A stretch of 64,000 nt of DNA from Lama guanicoe. Lineage: Eukaryota. A model generated the notes under the pieces. The model was not told the origin of the DNA and searched no databases. It was given only the letters and a program-made list of their open reading frames with translations. Numbering within the stretch: position 1 is the stretch's first letter; each line of letters opens with the position of its first letter. Shown piece after piece: positions 49,720 to 63,000 of the stretch. The stretch covers positions 1,922,001 through 1,986,000 of the forward strand of contig MU053758.1 in the NCBI GenBank assembly GCA_013239625.1, written 5' to 3'. A program made the position numbers and the translations under genes.

Positions 49720-50560
49720 AGTCTACCTTCCTGCCCTCTTGGAGCTTACATTCCAGTCAGAGAGACAAACACAAGCAATAAATAAGTAGATATATAACCA
49801 AAGGTCAGAGAGTGTCACAGGCTGTGTAGAAAATGACAGCAGAGTGAGGAGAGAAGAGAGCAGCAGAGTTTTCAGGAAAGGAGTAAGTGATGCAAGAACA
49901 GCAAGTGCAAAGGTCCTGAGGCAGGAATAGTCTAGGAAAGTTCAAGGATCAGCAGGCAGGCTCAAGTGACTAGAGAGGACAAGAGGGTAGGGATTAAGAT
50001 CCTATCATGCAGGGATTTGTAGGCCACAGGAAAGCCTTTGGGACTGGTGAGCTGTGCTGAGTAAGGGGTTTGACTTGTGCTTTTAAAAGATGGCTTCTGT
50101 GCTGAGAAGTGGCAGGAGAGGGTTGAGGGTGAAAGCAGTGAGATGAGTTAAGCGGCTGTTGCAAGATGCAGGCATAGATGTTGGTGACTTGGCCCAAGAG
50201 GTGTTGGTGATAAAAGTGAGAGATCCCTTCAGTCACTCAGAGAGGGGTGTGATTTCTTAATCCCATAGCCTTTGGGGCTGATGGAGCTGGTTTCTGCTGC
50301 TTGAAAAAAAAAAAAAAAGAGCTTGAAATTTTGTGCTAAAGAGGATAGGGGGCCTCTGAAGGATTTAAAGCCAGGGAGTAACATCATCAAGTTTGCTTTT
50401 TGGAAAGTTCCCCCTAAGATCACAATGGATGAACAGTTGGAGGAGGCAGGCCAGAGGCTGGAAACAGAAGGTTTGAACAGGGGTCCTGGCGGTGGGGTGG
50501 GGCTGTGGGGGCAGATCCTGGAGGTTTCTGATGGATCCACATAGATCCCAGGGCCTGGCC
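49720..50560 (-). mobile_element. Old L2 fragments in LASP1 intron 6
   Basis: ctgccctcttggagcttacattc, gaacagcaagtgcaaaggtcctgaggcagga and agatcctggagg L2-type motifs. Boundaries approximate. Confidence 0.6.
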
Positions 50561-51153
50561 TGGGGGACCACAGAGGCTGAGCTGACCCCCAGAGACAAGT
50601 CGATGTCAAGGGCAGTCAGAGTCAGAGGATGTTAGAATCTTGCCCACCTCCAAGATCACAGTTGGATTTCAAGTGCTTTTACTGGACATTTCCCAGAGCC
50701 GGAGCTGAAGCATGAGACTTTGGCCGAGGTAAGAAGGTGGAGCCTGATAGTTAACCTCTTGTGCCACCTGGAGGTTTTTCTCCCAGGAATTGGTCTTTGT
50801 CCTGAACTTGGGAACCAGATCATCAACAGCTTCAAAAAAAAAAAAAAAAAAAACGAGACTGATGTTTAATACAGGCATGTCAGATTTTTAAACTCTACCT
50901 GCCATGGTGGCCATCAGACCTCACGGTATGCCTCTTCCAAGAGGCAGAACAGGGCTACTGTAACCTCAGTCCATCTTGTGTGTGGCCCTTAGTAGATACA
51001 TTGTTAAAGAGGGGATGCTCTCAGAAAGTGAGGCACAGGGGTGAGAAAATTCACGGTAGGATCCAGCCTTTGGTCGTCTCCCAGTCCTGGTCCATTGCTC
51101 ACCCAGACTCTGCCTGGGGTCCCCCCTGACTTACCGTGCCCCTACCCCTGCAG

Positions 51154-51327
51154 AAGCGGTACCGTGCTGTGTACGACTACAGTGCCGCCGACGAGGATGA
51201 GGTCTCCTTCCAGGATGGGGACACCATCGTCAACGTGCAGCAGATCGATGACGGCTGGATGTACGGGACCGTGGAGCGCACCGGCGACACGGGGATGCTG
51301 CCCGCCAACTATGTGGAGGCCATCTGA
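51154..51327 (+). CDS. LASP1: LASP1 coding exon 7 (174 bp), SH3 domain and stop codon
   Basis: ctgcag|[60 protein letters not shown]. Exons sum to 69+95+85+108+148+104+174 = 783 nt = 260 aa plus stop. Confidence 0.98.
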
Positions 51328-54195
51328 GCCCGCTGGGCACCGCCCTGCCCCATCCATCTTCAGTGCATTCCACTGCATCGCATCCATCCTGGGCGTGACC
51401 TGTCCACCCTTCAGTGTCTCTGTTTTTTAAAATCTGCGACAGCTTGTTTATTCTCCCCCTCTTCCAGCTTCTTTTGCCAACTGAAGCCTTGTTCTGCCAC
51501 TTTCATGGCTCCTTCCTCCAGCAGGTTTTCCCGTTGACCAACTTTGTGATTTTTCTCTCTGGATGGATCAGGTGTGGACCGCTCTTGGGAGGGGAGGGGG
51601 CGAGGCCCATGGGGCTGGTCTGGGTGGGAGACCAGTCGGCTCTAAGTCCTCTGCCTTCTCTCTTTTCTGCCCCCTCAGTCCCTCCTGTCCACCCACCCAG
51701 ACATTCCAGGGCCCCAGGATTCCCAGGGGAGGGGCTCCACACATTCCCAGAAGTGGACCCCACCGCCCTTGCTCCTGGAACGGGGATGGGGGTGTGGAGA
51801 AGGTGCTGCCATTGTGCAGGGCTGCTGGCCCTCCAAGGTGTCCCCTCACCACCCTCTCCCCGTCTCAAGGGCAACAGAAGAGGGTAAAGTTCCTGCTTGG
51901 GGAGTCATTCACCCCCTCCCCCCACCATTCCTTGTCACACTGTGATTTTTGCTCTCCCGCCCACGCGGGCCTGGTGTGGGCCAGGAGCTCCCCAGGAAGC
52001 ACGGCTTGGGTCCGGTTCTCGCCTTTCTTCAGGGACAGCTGAGGGGAGGAGGAGAACTAGGTGTTCTCTCTGCAGCCCTTTTCCCTCACTCCCACCCCAG
52101 TCTCCAGGGTCCCTGGCTTGCTTCCTCGGCTGGAAGTCATGGTTCTGAAAGGTAGAATGAGGAACGCTTGGTGCTCCCTTCGCAGCACATACACTTAAAA
52201 AAAGAGGAAGGCTTGGGCCTCCCAGCCTGCACAGCCCAGCCCCTGAGATCTGGTTACCCGCCTCTCCTCCCCCCTCCTCCTGGGAAGATGTCTCTGGCCT
52301 TCCATGGCCCCCCAACCCCCCAACTCCGGCCCGACACCAGGTGGACTGGACTGTGCGAAGCCACAGGCCCCTCTGTATCTGCAGGACCTCATGGGGGCGG
52401 GGGAGGAGTGCATGTCTGCAGGTGTCTATGACAGGCTGGAGTGAGTGTGAGCATGAGAGAAGCAGGTGGGGTACAGCCCATGTGAGGAACTGCCTTCCCT
52501 GTTTTCCTCAAAACCCACAATGAGAGGGGAGGCCCTGGGGGAGAGAATTCCTTATGTTTTCTTGGGAGTGAAAAATCCCTCCTTTTCCTTGTGGCCCCAA
52601 ATGGGGAAGCCCACCATCCCCCTTTCCAATGGGCAGGGCAGAAATGAGGGGTGATTGCGTATTTGGGGGCTGATGTTGGGGCCTGTAGCTTGCTGGGGAG
52701 GGGATGGGGGCAAAAGTTTGTGGCTCCAGACATATTCTCTTCCCCCATCTCTGTGTCCTGGGCTGCAGAGTAGGGGACCAGAGGACCTGTGTCCCTTACA
52801 CTGTGTTCTCTGCCCCTAGGCCTCCCCCTCATTTACCTAAAGCCTTGCTGAAGCAGAGGGAGAGGGTCCCAGGGCTACAAAACTGGAAGCACAGAGCCAG
52901 GATGAGAGAGGGAAAGATGGTGCTATCTCCTAGTCCCTCTTCTCGCTCGTTGGTGGGTGTGATGACCTTGCCTGGCTTTAGTCATCTCTGGGCTTGCTTG
53001 TCCCCCTCCCATCTTCACCCTGGGTCCACTCGGGCCCCACAGTTGACATCTTTGCATCCTTGTGTCCTGTAGGAGAGGGAGGGGCCCGTGGGCATATTAA
53101 ATAATCAAGTCCTCACTGCTTGTGAGTTGACTTGGGAATATTTACCCCAAATCAGAGGGTTAAACCCCCTGCCTGACCAATCCTTTTTCCTCCTTGGCTG
53201 CAGCCGAGGTGAGGGCAGGTGGAGTGTCTTATATTGAGCAATTAGGGGGATGAGGGAGGCAAAGAGGGAACAATTTGGGGAGCCTTAGGGCAGAGACTGG
53301 TCCATTCTGTTTCCTCTTGACTTCAAAGCACAATGTGGATTCTGGGACCAAAGGTCAGAGACACATCCTGTTGGAGAACCTGCGGTTGGGAGGTTGGTGA
53401 GCGGGCAGCGCCCAGAGGAGCAAGCAGGCAGCCTGTTTTCACTCAGCTTAATTTTCCTTCCAAAACAAGGCAAAACAGCCACTGGAATCTTGCTGCCAGC
53501 CCTCTGCTCCTCCCACCCTAAAAATAGGGGACCTTTTCTTACACACCCCCAGAGAGAGGAGGGACTGTCACACTGGTGCTGAGGGACCCAGGAGCTGCTG
53601 GGAGTCCTTATTCCTTTCCAGAACCATCCATCCCTAGAAGAGCACAGAATCTCAAGGACTGAGCCAAGTCTCAGTCTTTTCTTGCAGTTCACAGAGGGTT
53701 TTTAGCCAGTCTAATCCCAGGAAAGAAGATGCATCAAAGCTAGAATGTGAATATAACTTTAGTGGACCAATAATAAAGTACAAGGAGCCCAATGGTGAGA
53801 AAAGTGAATTCTCTCAATATTGCTTCTGGTTTTCTTCCTCATGTCCCTCCAGGGAAAACTACTTATTGCTTAATTTCTGCCTTTTCCCCCTCACATATAC
53901 ACTTTTGGGCCCTTTTTTTTTTAATAGCTGGAAAAAAATACCACCCCACAAACCTGTATTTAAACAGAAATGACCATGTGAAATTTGCCTCTGTCCGAAC
54001 ATTTCATCCGTGTGTGTGAAGCCGTCCGTTCATGTTTTTCTATGGGGTGGTCGTCTTTTCTTGGTCTGTTTTGGTCCCCTCCCTCATGGGCTTTGCTTGG
54101 GATCAAATCTTTCTGGCCTGTTATGATTTTGAACATTTGACTTGGACCACAAGTGAATCTTTCTCCTGGTGACTCAAATAAAAGTATAATTTTTA
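51328..54195 (+). other. LASP1: LASP1 3'UTR (~2.9 kb)
   Basis: Runs from the stop codon to AATAAA at 54177-54182. Length agrees with the known ~4 kb mammalian mRNA. Confidence 0.75.
54177..54182 (+). terminator. LASP1 polyadenylation signal
   Basis: AATAAA followed by agtataattttta and a downstream GT-rich tract (tgtatgtgtgtgtgtgg ~54235). Confidence 0.8.
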
Positions 54196-56659
54196 CCTGC
54201 AGACTTGGTTATCTCTCTGGCTCTGAGGCACTGCTGTATGTGTGTGTGTGGCCTGTCTGCTTGGGGGCATTGGCCCATCACCCTCCTGGGAGCCTCTCCG
54301 CCCTTCAGCGGGAGAAGGACCACTCTGGAAGCCATCATTCTGGGAGAAAGGGAACGGTGGCGTACCTGCTCTCTGATGGGGGCCTTGGCACCTACTTCCT
54401 TCTGGAGAACTCACCAACTTACTCCTGGCTACATCCCTCTGCCCAGCTTGGTGACACGCTCAGAAGCTTCCTTGAGCCCCCATATTCTCCTCTTATTGTC
54501 CTACTTTGCTGGGTACCTGTCCCCCTCAGTAGCCAGTGCACTCATGGGGCAGGTAATGGAGCTAATTCATTTTTCCAACCCCACTGCCTGCCCAGGGCCA
54601 GGCACAGAGCTGCTCAACCAATATTTGTTGAATTAATGAAAGCTCAGCTGGGAGGACAGTTTGGGCTCTGCCTTCCCCATAGGCAGAGCTTGGCGCATGT
54701 TTGAGGAATAAAATGACAGGGCCTGGGATAGTCAACAGTGGGGTAAGACGTGGATGACGCCGTCTACAAGGTGGTCTGGCAACCCAAAGCAGCACTCAAC
54801 GATGCCGTATGAATGTGATCTTCAACACATTTTTTCCCCTTTGACCTTATTAACAGCCTTGGGAGAGGAGTAGCATCTGTGTGTTGTCCATCACACAGAT
54901 GGGGTTCACTGAAGCCCAGAAAGGCAGTGGTTTGGTGGAAGTTGCATATCCAGTGACAGGGTCTGAGCAGCCTGGTGTGATGCTCCCAGCCCCACATGAC
55001 CTTGCCACAGCAACAGTGCACCCATGCCCTTTGCCCCCCTCCCACTGGTATCTCCCATACTCTGTTCTTTGCTGCAGGTGCCCTGGGTCTGACCTCTGAC
55101 CAGAAGGCCAGGCAGCCTCCTCTTTTCTGTGGGGTTGGGAAGGGGACAATGGTAGAGAGGGATCCAGACCTTTTCGGCCCCAACTTGGGATCAGCAATCA
55201 GCCTCAGGTGCCGTGGCTTTGGAGGGAGGGGCATTGCCCGCTTGGGGTGCAGGATGGTCTTAATTCTGGCTTCAGGATGGCAGCAGAGTGGAGAAGAAGA
55301 GGGCTTTCCCCAAACTGAGCCTTTGTAATCAGGGAATGACACGGCTGCCTCAGTGGGGCTGGAGCAGGCTAAGGAGTGTCTGAGGCAGCGCTGGGTGGGA
55401 TAATTAAACAGTACTGACACCTGCTCCCCCACCGAAGGCGAAGGCACAGGCTGCCTAATATTTATCCAATTGAAGGGGATGAGGCAAATCTTGCCTCCTG
55501 GAGGCCTGTCTCCTTTGTCTGCGGAGCTGCAGCCCCCTCTCCCCAGGAGGCTTCATTCTCCTCCAGAGTGATTTCAGGGGCGGTCTGCTTGGGAGGGAAC
55601 CAGCAAGTCCCCACTCCCTGCTCACAAGCAAGCTCTGTGCCCTGCCTCCCGGCACCAGCCAATGCCAAGAGTTTCTAGACCCCCCTTCTAGAAGTGGCCT
55701 AAGTTCCTGAGGCTTAGCATGAGAAAGCAGCCCCCATCCTTCCAAGGAACTAGTCAGGCAGGAGCCAAGGATACCAGGTCTCAGAGGTGTTGCAGGGAGT
55801 TGCTGTTTTTTAAATGTAATAGGAAATAAGCAAAAGGCATAAAAACAACAGATGTGAGTACCCGCCACCCAGCTTAAACTATAAAACGCCAATTCTCCTT
55901 TCCCCTCAGAAGAAGCCACTTAAGGTTGCATTTCTACTTACCGCACAGGGATGGGCGTAACTGAGAGTTCTTTTAGTGCCCTCTCTGGGTGTAACACTGC
56001 GCTGAGCTCCGAAGAGGATACAAAAGAGGACAAGGATGTGGGAGACGACCACAAAGAGATAAGGAATCATTGGAGGAGAGACCTGTGGTGTTCCCACTGT
56101 AAATGGAGCAATCTGAGCAAAATGCATCACAAACTGAGAAGTGCAGGTGGGGCTGGGTGGGGGGCGCATTTCAGACTAACATGGTGGGCCAGTCTGGGGC
56201 AAGAGAAGAATGTGGACTCCAGGGTGGGCAAGCCTAGTTTTGACTCTTGGTCTCTGCTCTTTCCAAGGAAGCGTTAGATAAGTTCGTGACCATCTCTGAG
56301 CCTCATCTATAAAAGACTAGTGGAGAAGTTGAAATGACACCATGTGTGCCATGTGTGACACAGTATAGGAATCCCATAAGTGTTAGCTCCATCCCCAGAG
56401 ACGCATCTGAGACTCACTTGAGACTTTCATCCCTGTCCCTCCACAATGTGACTTTACCACATACCAATGACCCACCCAACCCCCAACCATCAGTTTCCGA
56501 GTTCATTTGCCAGGGATGTGTGAGAGGGAAGAGGAGGAAGAAAGGCGCTCAGGAGGATTCATTCCCAGGGCATCTGGATACAGATCAGATCTCCTCCTAC
56601 TTCCATAACATGCAGACTCCATTTAGATACAAAGGGATAGGATTGGGTTCCTGGGGAGA

Positions 56660-56800
56660 AATTGAGCCTCTTCACTTCCGCCTGGTTTAAATCGAGCAGT
56701 TCCTTGGTTACAGGCTCCAGGGCTTTGTGATTGGCTAGCTGTGGAGGGAGTGGGAGGAGGGAAGTAAGCTGCTGATGGAGCTGCAGCATCCCTGAGTCTC
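56660..56800 (+). promoter_or_regulatory. Candidate promoter of the microprotein gene
   Basis: ETS site CACTTCCG (56673-56680), RFX X-box-like GTTCCTTGGTTAC (56699-56711), reverse CCAAT box GATTGGCT (56729-56736) and GA-rich tracts, about 200-270 bp upstream of the ATG. Confidence 0.5.
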
Positions 56801-56939
56801 AGGCCCTGGGAGGGGGGAGGGGAAGGGGAGGGCTGAGCAGTGGAGGGAAGAGGGAGCCATTTCTCTCCACTGACTGCAACCTCCGTGCTCACCACTCATA
56901 TTTTCCTGGAATCCAGAGGCCTCCGTGGCCAAGGGCTCC

Positions 56940-57020
<81 letters not shown>

Positions 57021-60000
57021 GGGCCTGCAGCTACGGCGTGGAGCCTGCAGGAGAACAGCTCAGGGGGAAGGATGAAGCTGACTGGTCGAGCATCCTGCCT
57101 GCTGACGCACCGGTGGATTTTTGCTTCTGGTCATTTCGGGTATTGATTCAAATCCAAAATTAAAAGAGATTTTGCTTTCCTAATTTTTCCCTCAGATGCA
57201 TTGATGTAGCATTTCCCAGACCACTCTGAAAAGATTAGGAAATGCCAACATCTTGCTTTGAAACCTAATTAAAAGAAATAATTTTTTAAACGAAAAATAA
57301 AACCCGCAATGTGAAGGATTTTTAGGCCGAATGGGTTGGGAGTGGTGTGCATGGCGGGAGGGACTATTAGTTCCTAGTTTTTTCTTCAAGTTAGGTGCTC
57401 AAACTCCAAGTTGTCCATTTTCTCCTGGTAATTAAAGGTAAAACCCATCTCTATATGGCAGCAGAGTGGTTTATAATTATGCCAGGATAATTGCATTAAT
57501 TAATTAACTAATGACTCATTCTGACTTGAGGATGAGATAGCAAATGAAATTTACCTGGGAATGGGCTTCTGGGGGAGATGTCAATTCTTTTACAACTGTG
57601 GGCTTGGCAGAGAGGAGGGAGGGATTCCTAACTCTTGCCTTAGTTTCTCGGGCAGTATCGGGAGCTGATACTTTTGCTGCTGTTCCCATCTGAGACTTCT
57701 TGTTTCTGGGTTTCCTACAGCTCCTGGACTCCAGTCCAACGAGAGGCCTCTTATCAACAGCAGCAGTCCTGCTGCCCAGCAGACCTCTCCCAGAGCCTTC
57801 CGGATATGGTTAACCTCTGTCAAGCAAGGGGTTTTTTGAACTCAGAGGCAGAGCCACTCAGCTGGGACATCAGGAAAGCAGCATGGCTGGCAGATGCTGC
57901 GTGCGTTTAAGTTGGAAATAGAGGGTTGTCGAGAACACAGAGAGCTCCAATGTAGGCTTGTTAAAGTTACTGTGGAGAACTGCTCAAAAGTTCATTTTGA
58001 TAGCCATTCCTTAGGTCTAAATGCACCTGCATATTATGCTAGAATACATTCTTTCCTTTCTCCCTCACAGCGGTTCCCTTGTAAGTTCAAAAGTCTGTTG
58101 TCTCTTCAACTATGAAGCAATCACTTTATCACTGTCTTTAGAGATTGCACAATCTGGGGTTGTGTGGTTTCCCGTGTCTCACTCTCTGGAAGGAACTTGT
58201 CATTTGAGTTTTTAGATTTTTCATATCTTCCCCACTCCATATCTCTTGTGCTCCAGCTTCTCATTTAAAGAGAAAAACAGTTACACAGTCCTCATCCTTT
58301 TTGCCTAGCTGAATTATAAATTACTGAAACAAGATGTCTTTACTTACCTTACTTGTTATTTGGGAAAAATCTCTCTTACACTCAAATAAATGGGTTTTTA
58401 TATTGTCAAATGTTCCTTTTCTTAAACAAAAAATTTCAACATATTTCTGTTAGAGTTGAAGAAACCATTAATTTGGCAGGCCAGAATAGACTAGGGTGTC
58501 GAATCTGTGGTATCTATTCCTTTGAGTAGTCCATCGTGATAGTTCTACATTTGATTTTTCTTTCTACTTAAAAATAAACAAGGAGAAGGATTAACTTAAG
58601 AGTTTTTATTCATAACATTGTGTTCAATTTCCATGCTTTAAAAAGAAAATGGAGGCAGTATATGTCACAATTGAAATGGAAAACTTTTCTTTTAAAATTC
58701 TAGCCAAGAAAAAACAAAGTTCTAGAAGCTTGTCTTGGCAACAAATTATGTGACCTTCAATAATCCGTTTGACCTTCAGTGCTTCAGTTTATTCTGACAA
58801 ATGAAGTCACTGGATGAGAAAACTGTTAATGCCCCTTTCCATTTTAAAATTCTACAATTCTGGGATGTATTATCTTTGGAAACTACATCTTTGAGAACAA
58901 AATTCCCATGGAACAAACTCTTCATATCTTACTAATAGCCTGATTTTTGCTCTCCCCAAATGACATTTTATATCAACTCAGCAGCAAAATTCTTTTTTGT
59001 CTCCCACAGCCACATTGTGAGGAGAAAATGAAAATATTTATTTACCCCAAACATATATCAGTGATAATTTGCCTAAGCTGTTTAGGGAATATTAACAAGC
59101 ACAATACTACATGGTGGTGTGTAACAAAAAGAGGTCATCGGACAGATATGCTAATGCAAGAAGCATGGCTCTGATCATTAATATATTCAGGGATGGTCTT
59201 CAGTTGTCCGTGGAGTCCTTGACGTTACATTTCCCACTAAAACATTCCTCTGACTCTTTGGTATAACTTGTGCTTCAAATTAAAACTTTGCACTTTCAGT
59301 CAAGATAGCGGCTCTTATGTTCTTACCTAGGTAATTAGGGCAAGTGTCAGTATACTGGAGGGTTTGAGTTAACACAGTTAATTATGGGGCTATAGATCTT
59401 CATGGTACAGTCTCCAGTCGAGCTCGCTCTGAAGTCTTTTACCAGATCAAGGCTTTTCAGTCTGTATCCATACACAGTTGAAACGACTAATCAATTCAGT
59501 GAAAACGATCGGCCAATTTCAGCTACACACCAGTGATATATGCCACTGGTACTGGGCACAATATAAAGACAGAAAGATTACCCATATTTTCAGTTACTTG
59601 TGAAATATTATGGTTTTAAAAAATAAATAATTGCATTTTGGAAGAAACTTTATGGCTTTTTGCCTACATCCATGGTATACATATGCCACTATATAAGAGT
59701 TTCACTGTGTTCATGTGAATAAAATTTTTCTAAATTTCGCATTTAGACTATTTGTATATTCCCATCCTAAAATGCTGAAAAAGTTACCTCTGTAATATAG
59801 AGTTTTGTGTAAACTTTACAAATCTTTGTCTTAGGGCAAGCATGTCCTATAAAATGGGGGTTATACTTTGCCCACATCAATGTAGTAAAAACATCTGTTA
59901 AAAATTATAGATTACTTAGGAAAAATTTAATGTAGCATAATGCTAAGAATCACTACATTAATACCTGCTTTCTTGATAAAAGAAAACAAGAGGTTTGTGT

Positions 60001-63000
60001 GAGAAAATGATATATTTTATTTCAGGAGAAAGAGAGTATCTTTGGGGAAACATTTTAAATAATGGAAAGATAAATGTCACTAAGTTGGAACCACCTAAAA
60101 TTCACTATTCTGGGTGCTTTATATGGAATTAAATCCATACTATCTGAGTTTGAAACTTGGCATGACATGATTTATTAAATTTCAGAAAATTTGTTTTCAT
60201 TTAAAAGACTTAAAATTAGCATTGTTCAAACTTCAAAAATCCCTTAAAAGCATCATTTTGATTTTAGAGTACTAAAAAATAGTGGGAATTTCTCTTAATA
60301 AAGTACTTAAGCATAGTTGAAGTGGAAAATTGTCTTTGTAAATTACATGTTTTGGCTCAATCACAGTCCAAATGTTTGCCAACCCTAGGATGGCCTCTTC
60401 TAAATTAGTTTTGCTCATATCTGTTTTAAACAAGAATAAAATCGAAGTCATATATAAAGGGGGAAACAAAAAAATCCTTGACACAACTTCCATTATAAAC
60501 TCAAACATGCTAAGGCAGATACATTTTAGAACTATTCAAGAGCTTCTTCATTCTTAGAAAAACACTGTAAGATCTTGCAGTCATGGGAAATTGCAGGTAA
60601 TCCATAATACTTAATTACATACTTTGTTTTTTGAAACTGGTGTTAAACTATGATAATTGAGTAGCATTTACATTTTAGCAGCAATTGGAATATTAATTGC
60701 TTGGGAGTTTTGTCTCTGAATTGAATAGCAGAATATTATAGAATACTGTTCTACTTAGAGATTATTGTTCAATTTAAGAGTTGTTGCTAGTAAATGAAAT
60801 TATTTATACACTATAATATTAAGCATAAATATATATAAATATATAGCTAATTGCAACATTAATTAATATTAAGACATTTAGTTTTTTGATCATGGTAGAG
60901 CTATAATTAACAGCTTAAATAAAAATAAGTTCCTCCACAAGAAATCATTTAAAGGAATTACATACTCGATGATTTGCATAATGACAAACTCTGAACAACT
61001 TAGAAATGTTTCTAATTTTAGTTTTATTAATATGAATAAATAACAAATAAAATTTAGCAAATATTAAATATTTAGGTATTGAAAACAGTTCACCATAAAT
61101 ACAATACTTTAGAAATAACAATGCGTATTTTTCAGTTTTGTGCACCTTCAAGAAAGCAGTGATCTCAGAATATTATTACTATTATTATTACTGTTAATTT
61201 AAAAGCCTTTCAAGAGCTAAACTAAGTTTTTGTTTTTGGTTTTTTTAAGCCTCTAGTTACTTGAGGAATTTTCTGGAGTTGTATTTGCTTTCTTAATGAA
61301 AAGAAAATATGTTCTTAGTCCCTTGGCACTTTTTTATTTAACTTAGAGAAGACTGTCCACTATAGCTATCTTGCAGGTCATCTTTCCTATCTTAATGATG
61401 CCACAATAAACCAAAGAGCATTTGTCCAAAGCCTGATTTCTTACAGGTTTCAGAGCTACCTGCTAATGGAATTGGTAAAGAAGTCACATTGCTAGTAAGG
61501 AGTCCAAAAACCAAAGCGACTTCTGTAGTAGCATTGTGTTTTTACCCTTCACAATATCCATTGACATAAAAATCTGTAATCATGTAATTGAGTACCACTC
61601 ACTTAAAGGGGTTAACTCTTGAGTAATTACCACACGAAGAGGCTCATGTTTGCTTTTTACTGACATAAAATGGTTCCAGTTGCACCTTCTGCTGGGCACC
61701 TCATATTTGCTCTAATCTCCGAAGGTGAATAATTATCCCGGAATAAAATCTTTGTTATTAACAGAAGAACTGGAAGCACGAACTAAGCCATCAAGGGATG
61801 GGTAAAGAGTGAAATAAGCTGCCTGTGGTTCATGCTATGGAGGGCAGACAGATAAGCAACCCCCTGAGCTTCCCGAATGCTTGACCGGCTTCCCAAGTAC
61901 GGTACCGTACTGCCTGCACCGTGAAGACGGTAAAGTTGAGGGGTCAGAAGGGCATGAAAAGGAATTATCCAAAAAAGTATTAACAATAGATGTTCTATAG
62001 CTTCATAAGGTACAGAGTATTTATCACAAGGCATAAACTTGTAACATCATTCGTTTATTAGCGCTATTGTGGTGTGGGGTGTGTGTTTAGAAACAACAGT
62101 GAAGATAACTATAATGGTGTGTTGTTGCGCTTGACTTCTAGTGGAAATAAAAAGCATCCTATAAATCAAAGTCAAGAGAGACTGAGGAAATCACTACTAC
62201 CAAAAGATTTAAGAAAAAAAAAGCTAGAAGCCCTGGTCAATCTTCTAGTTTAGAAAGAGGTACAGAGCAAATTATCTGACATACTTATTTTATCATCCCT
62301 GTTCTAGAGAGAATTAGAAGTGGCCAGTCTCAGTGTTTTTAGCTTATTCATTTTGCGAATGCTCTTTTTTTGTGGGGCAAGATGACTGTCTATACCATCA
62401 CTTAAACATTAACACCAATAATAATAGTATAGGCTTTTTCAAGTTAATATCCCACTTTAAAATTTGATATCATACTTTATTCCTGATGACAAATGTATTT
62501 AGCAAAAAACACCCCTGCCAATTTGGTTTCAAATGTTATTTTTATCTATTAATAATTGAATGACGAATTCGTCAGTTTGCTTTTTATTGGTCCCAAGATG
62601 ATACAATTTATCTACTGCACCTAAAGAATGAATCAGGTTTTTATGTTCCAAATTTCTGAGGATGAGATAATCTCACAATTGTCAAGAATAATGAAATAAC
62701 ATGAGTCCTTAAAAATTTACAGCCGTAATGATGTCAGTGCATGTGTGTAATGAGATTCAAAATCCAAATTAAAAAGTTTTAAATTTTCTTCTGTAAAGTT
62801 TCTAAAAATAACTGCTGTGGAGACTTAGATAGTTCAAGGAATTCAAAGAAACTTAACAATGCCAAATTTCTTTCTCTAAGGGAATGAAACTTAACATCTA
62901 TTTAGTAAAATATTTAAGATATTCATTACTTATATTAAAATTTTTATTTTTCCCTTTATTTTTCTTTTCCCCCATATAATCTAATAGTCTCAACTTGGAA

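Noticed and set aside
54764..55447. 227-aa minus-strand ORF between LASP1 and LASP1NB
   Set aside because: Non-ATG start and no recognisable domain or exon signals.
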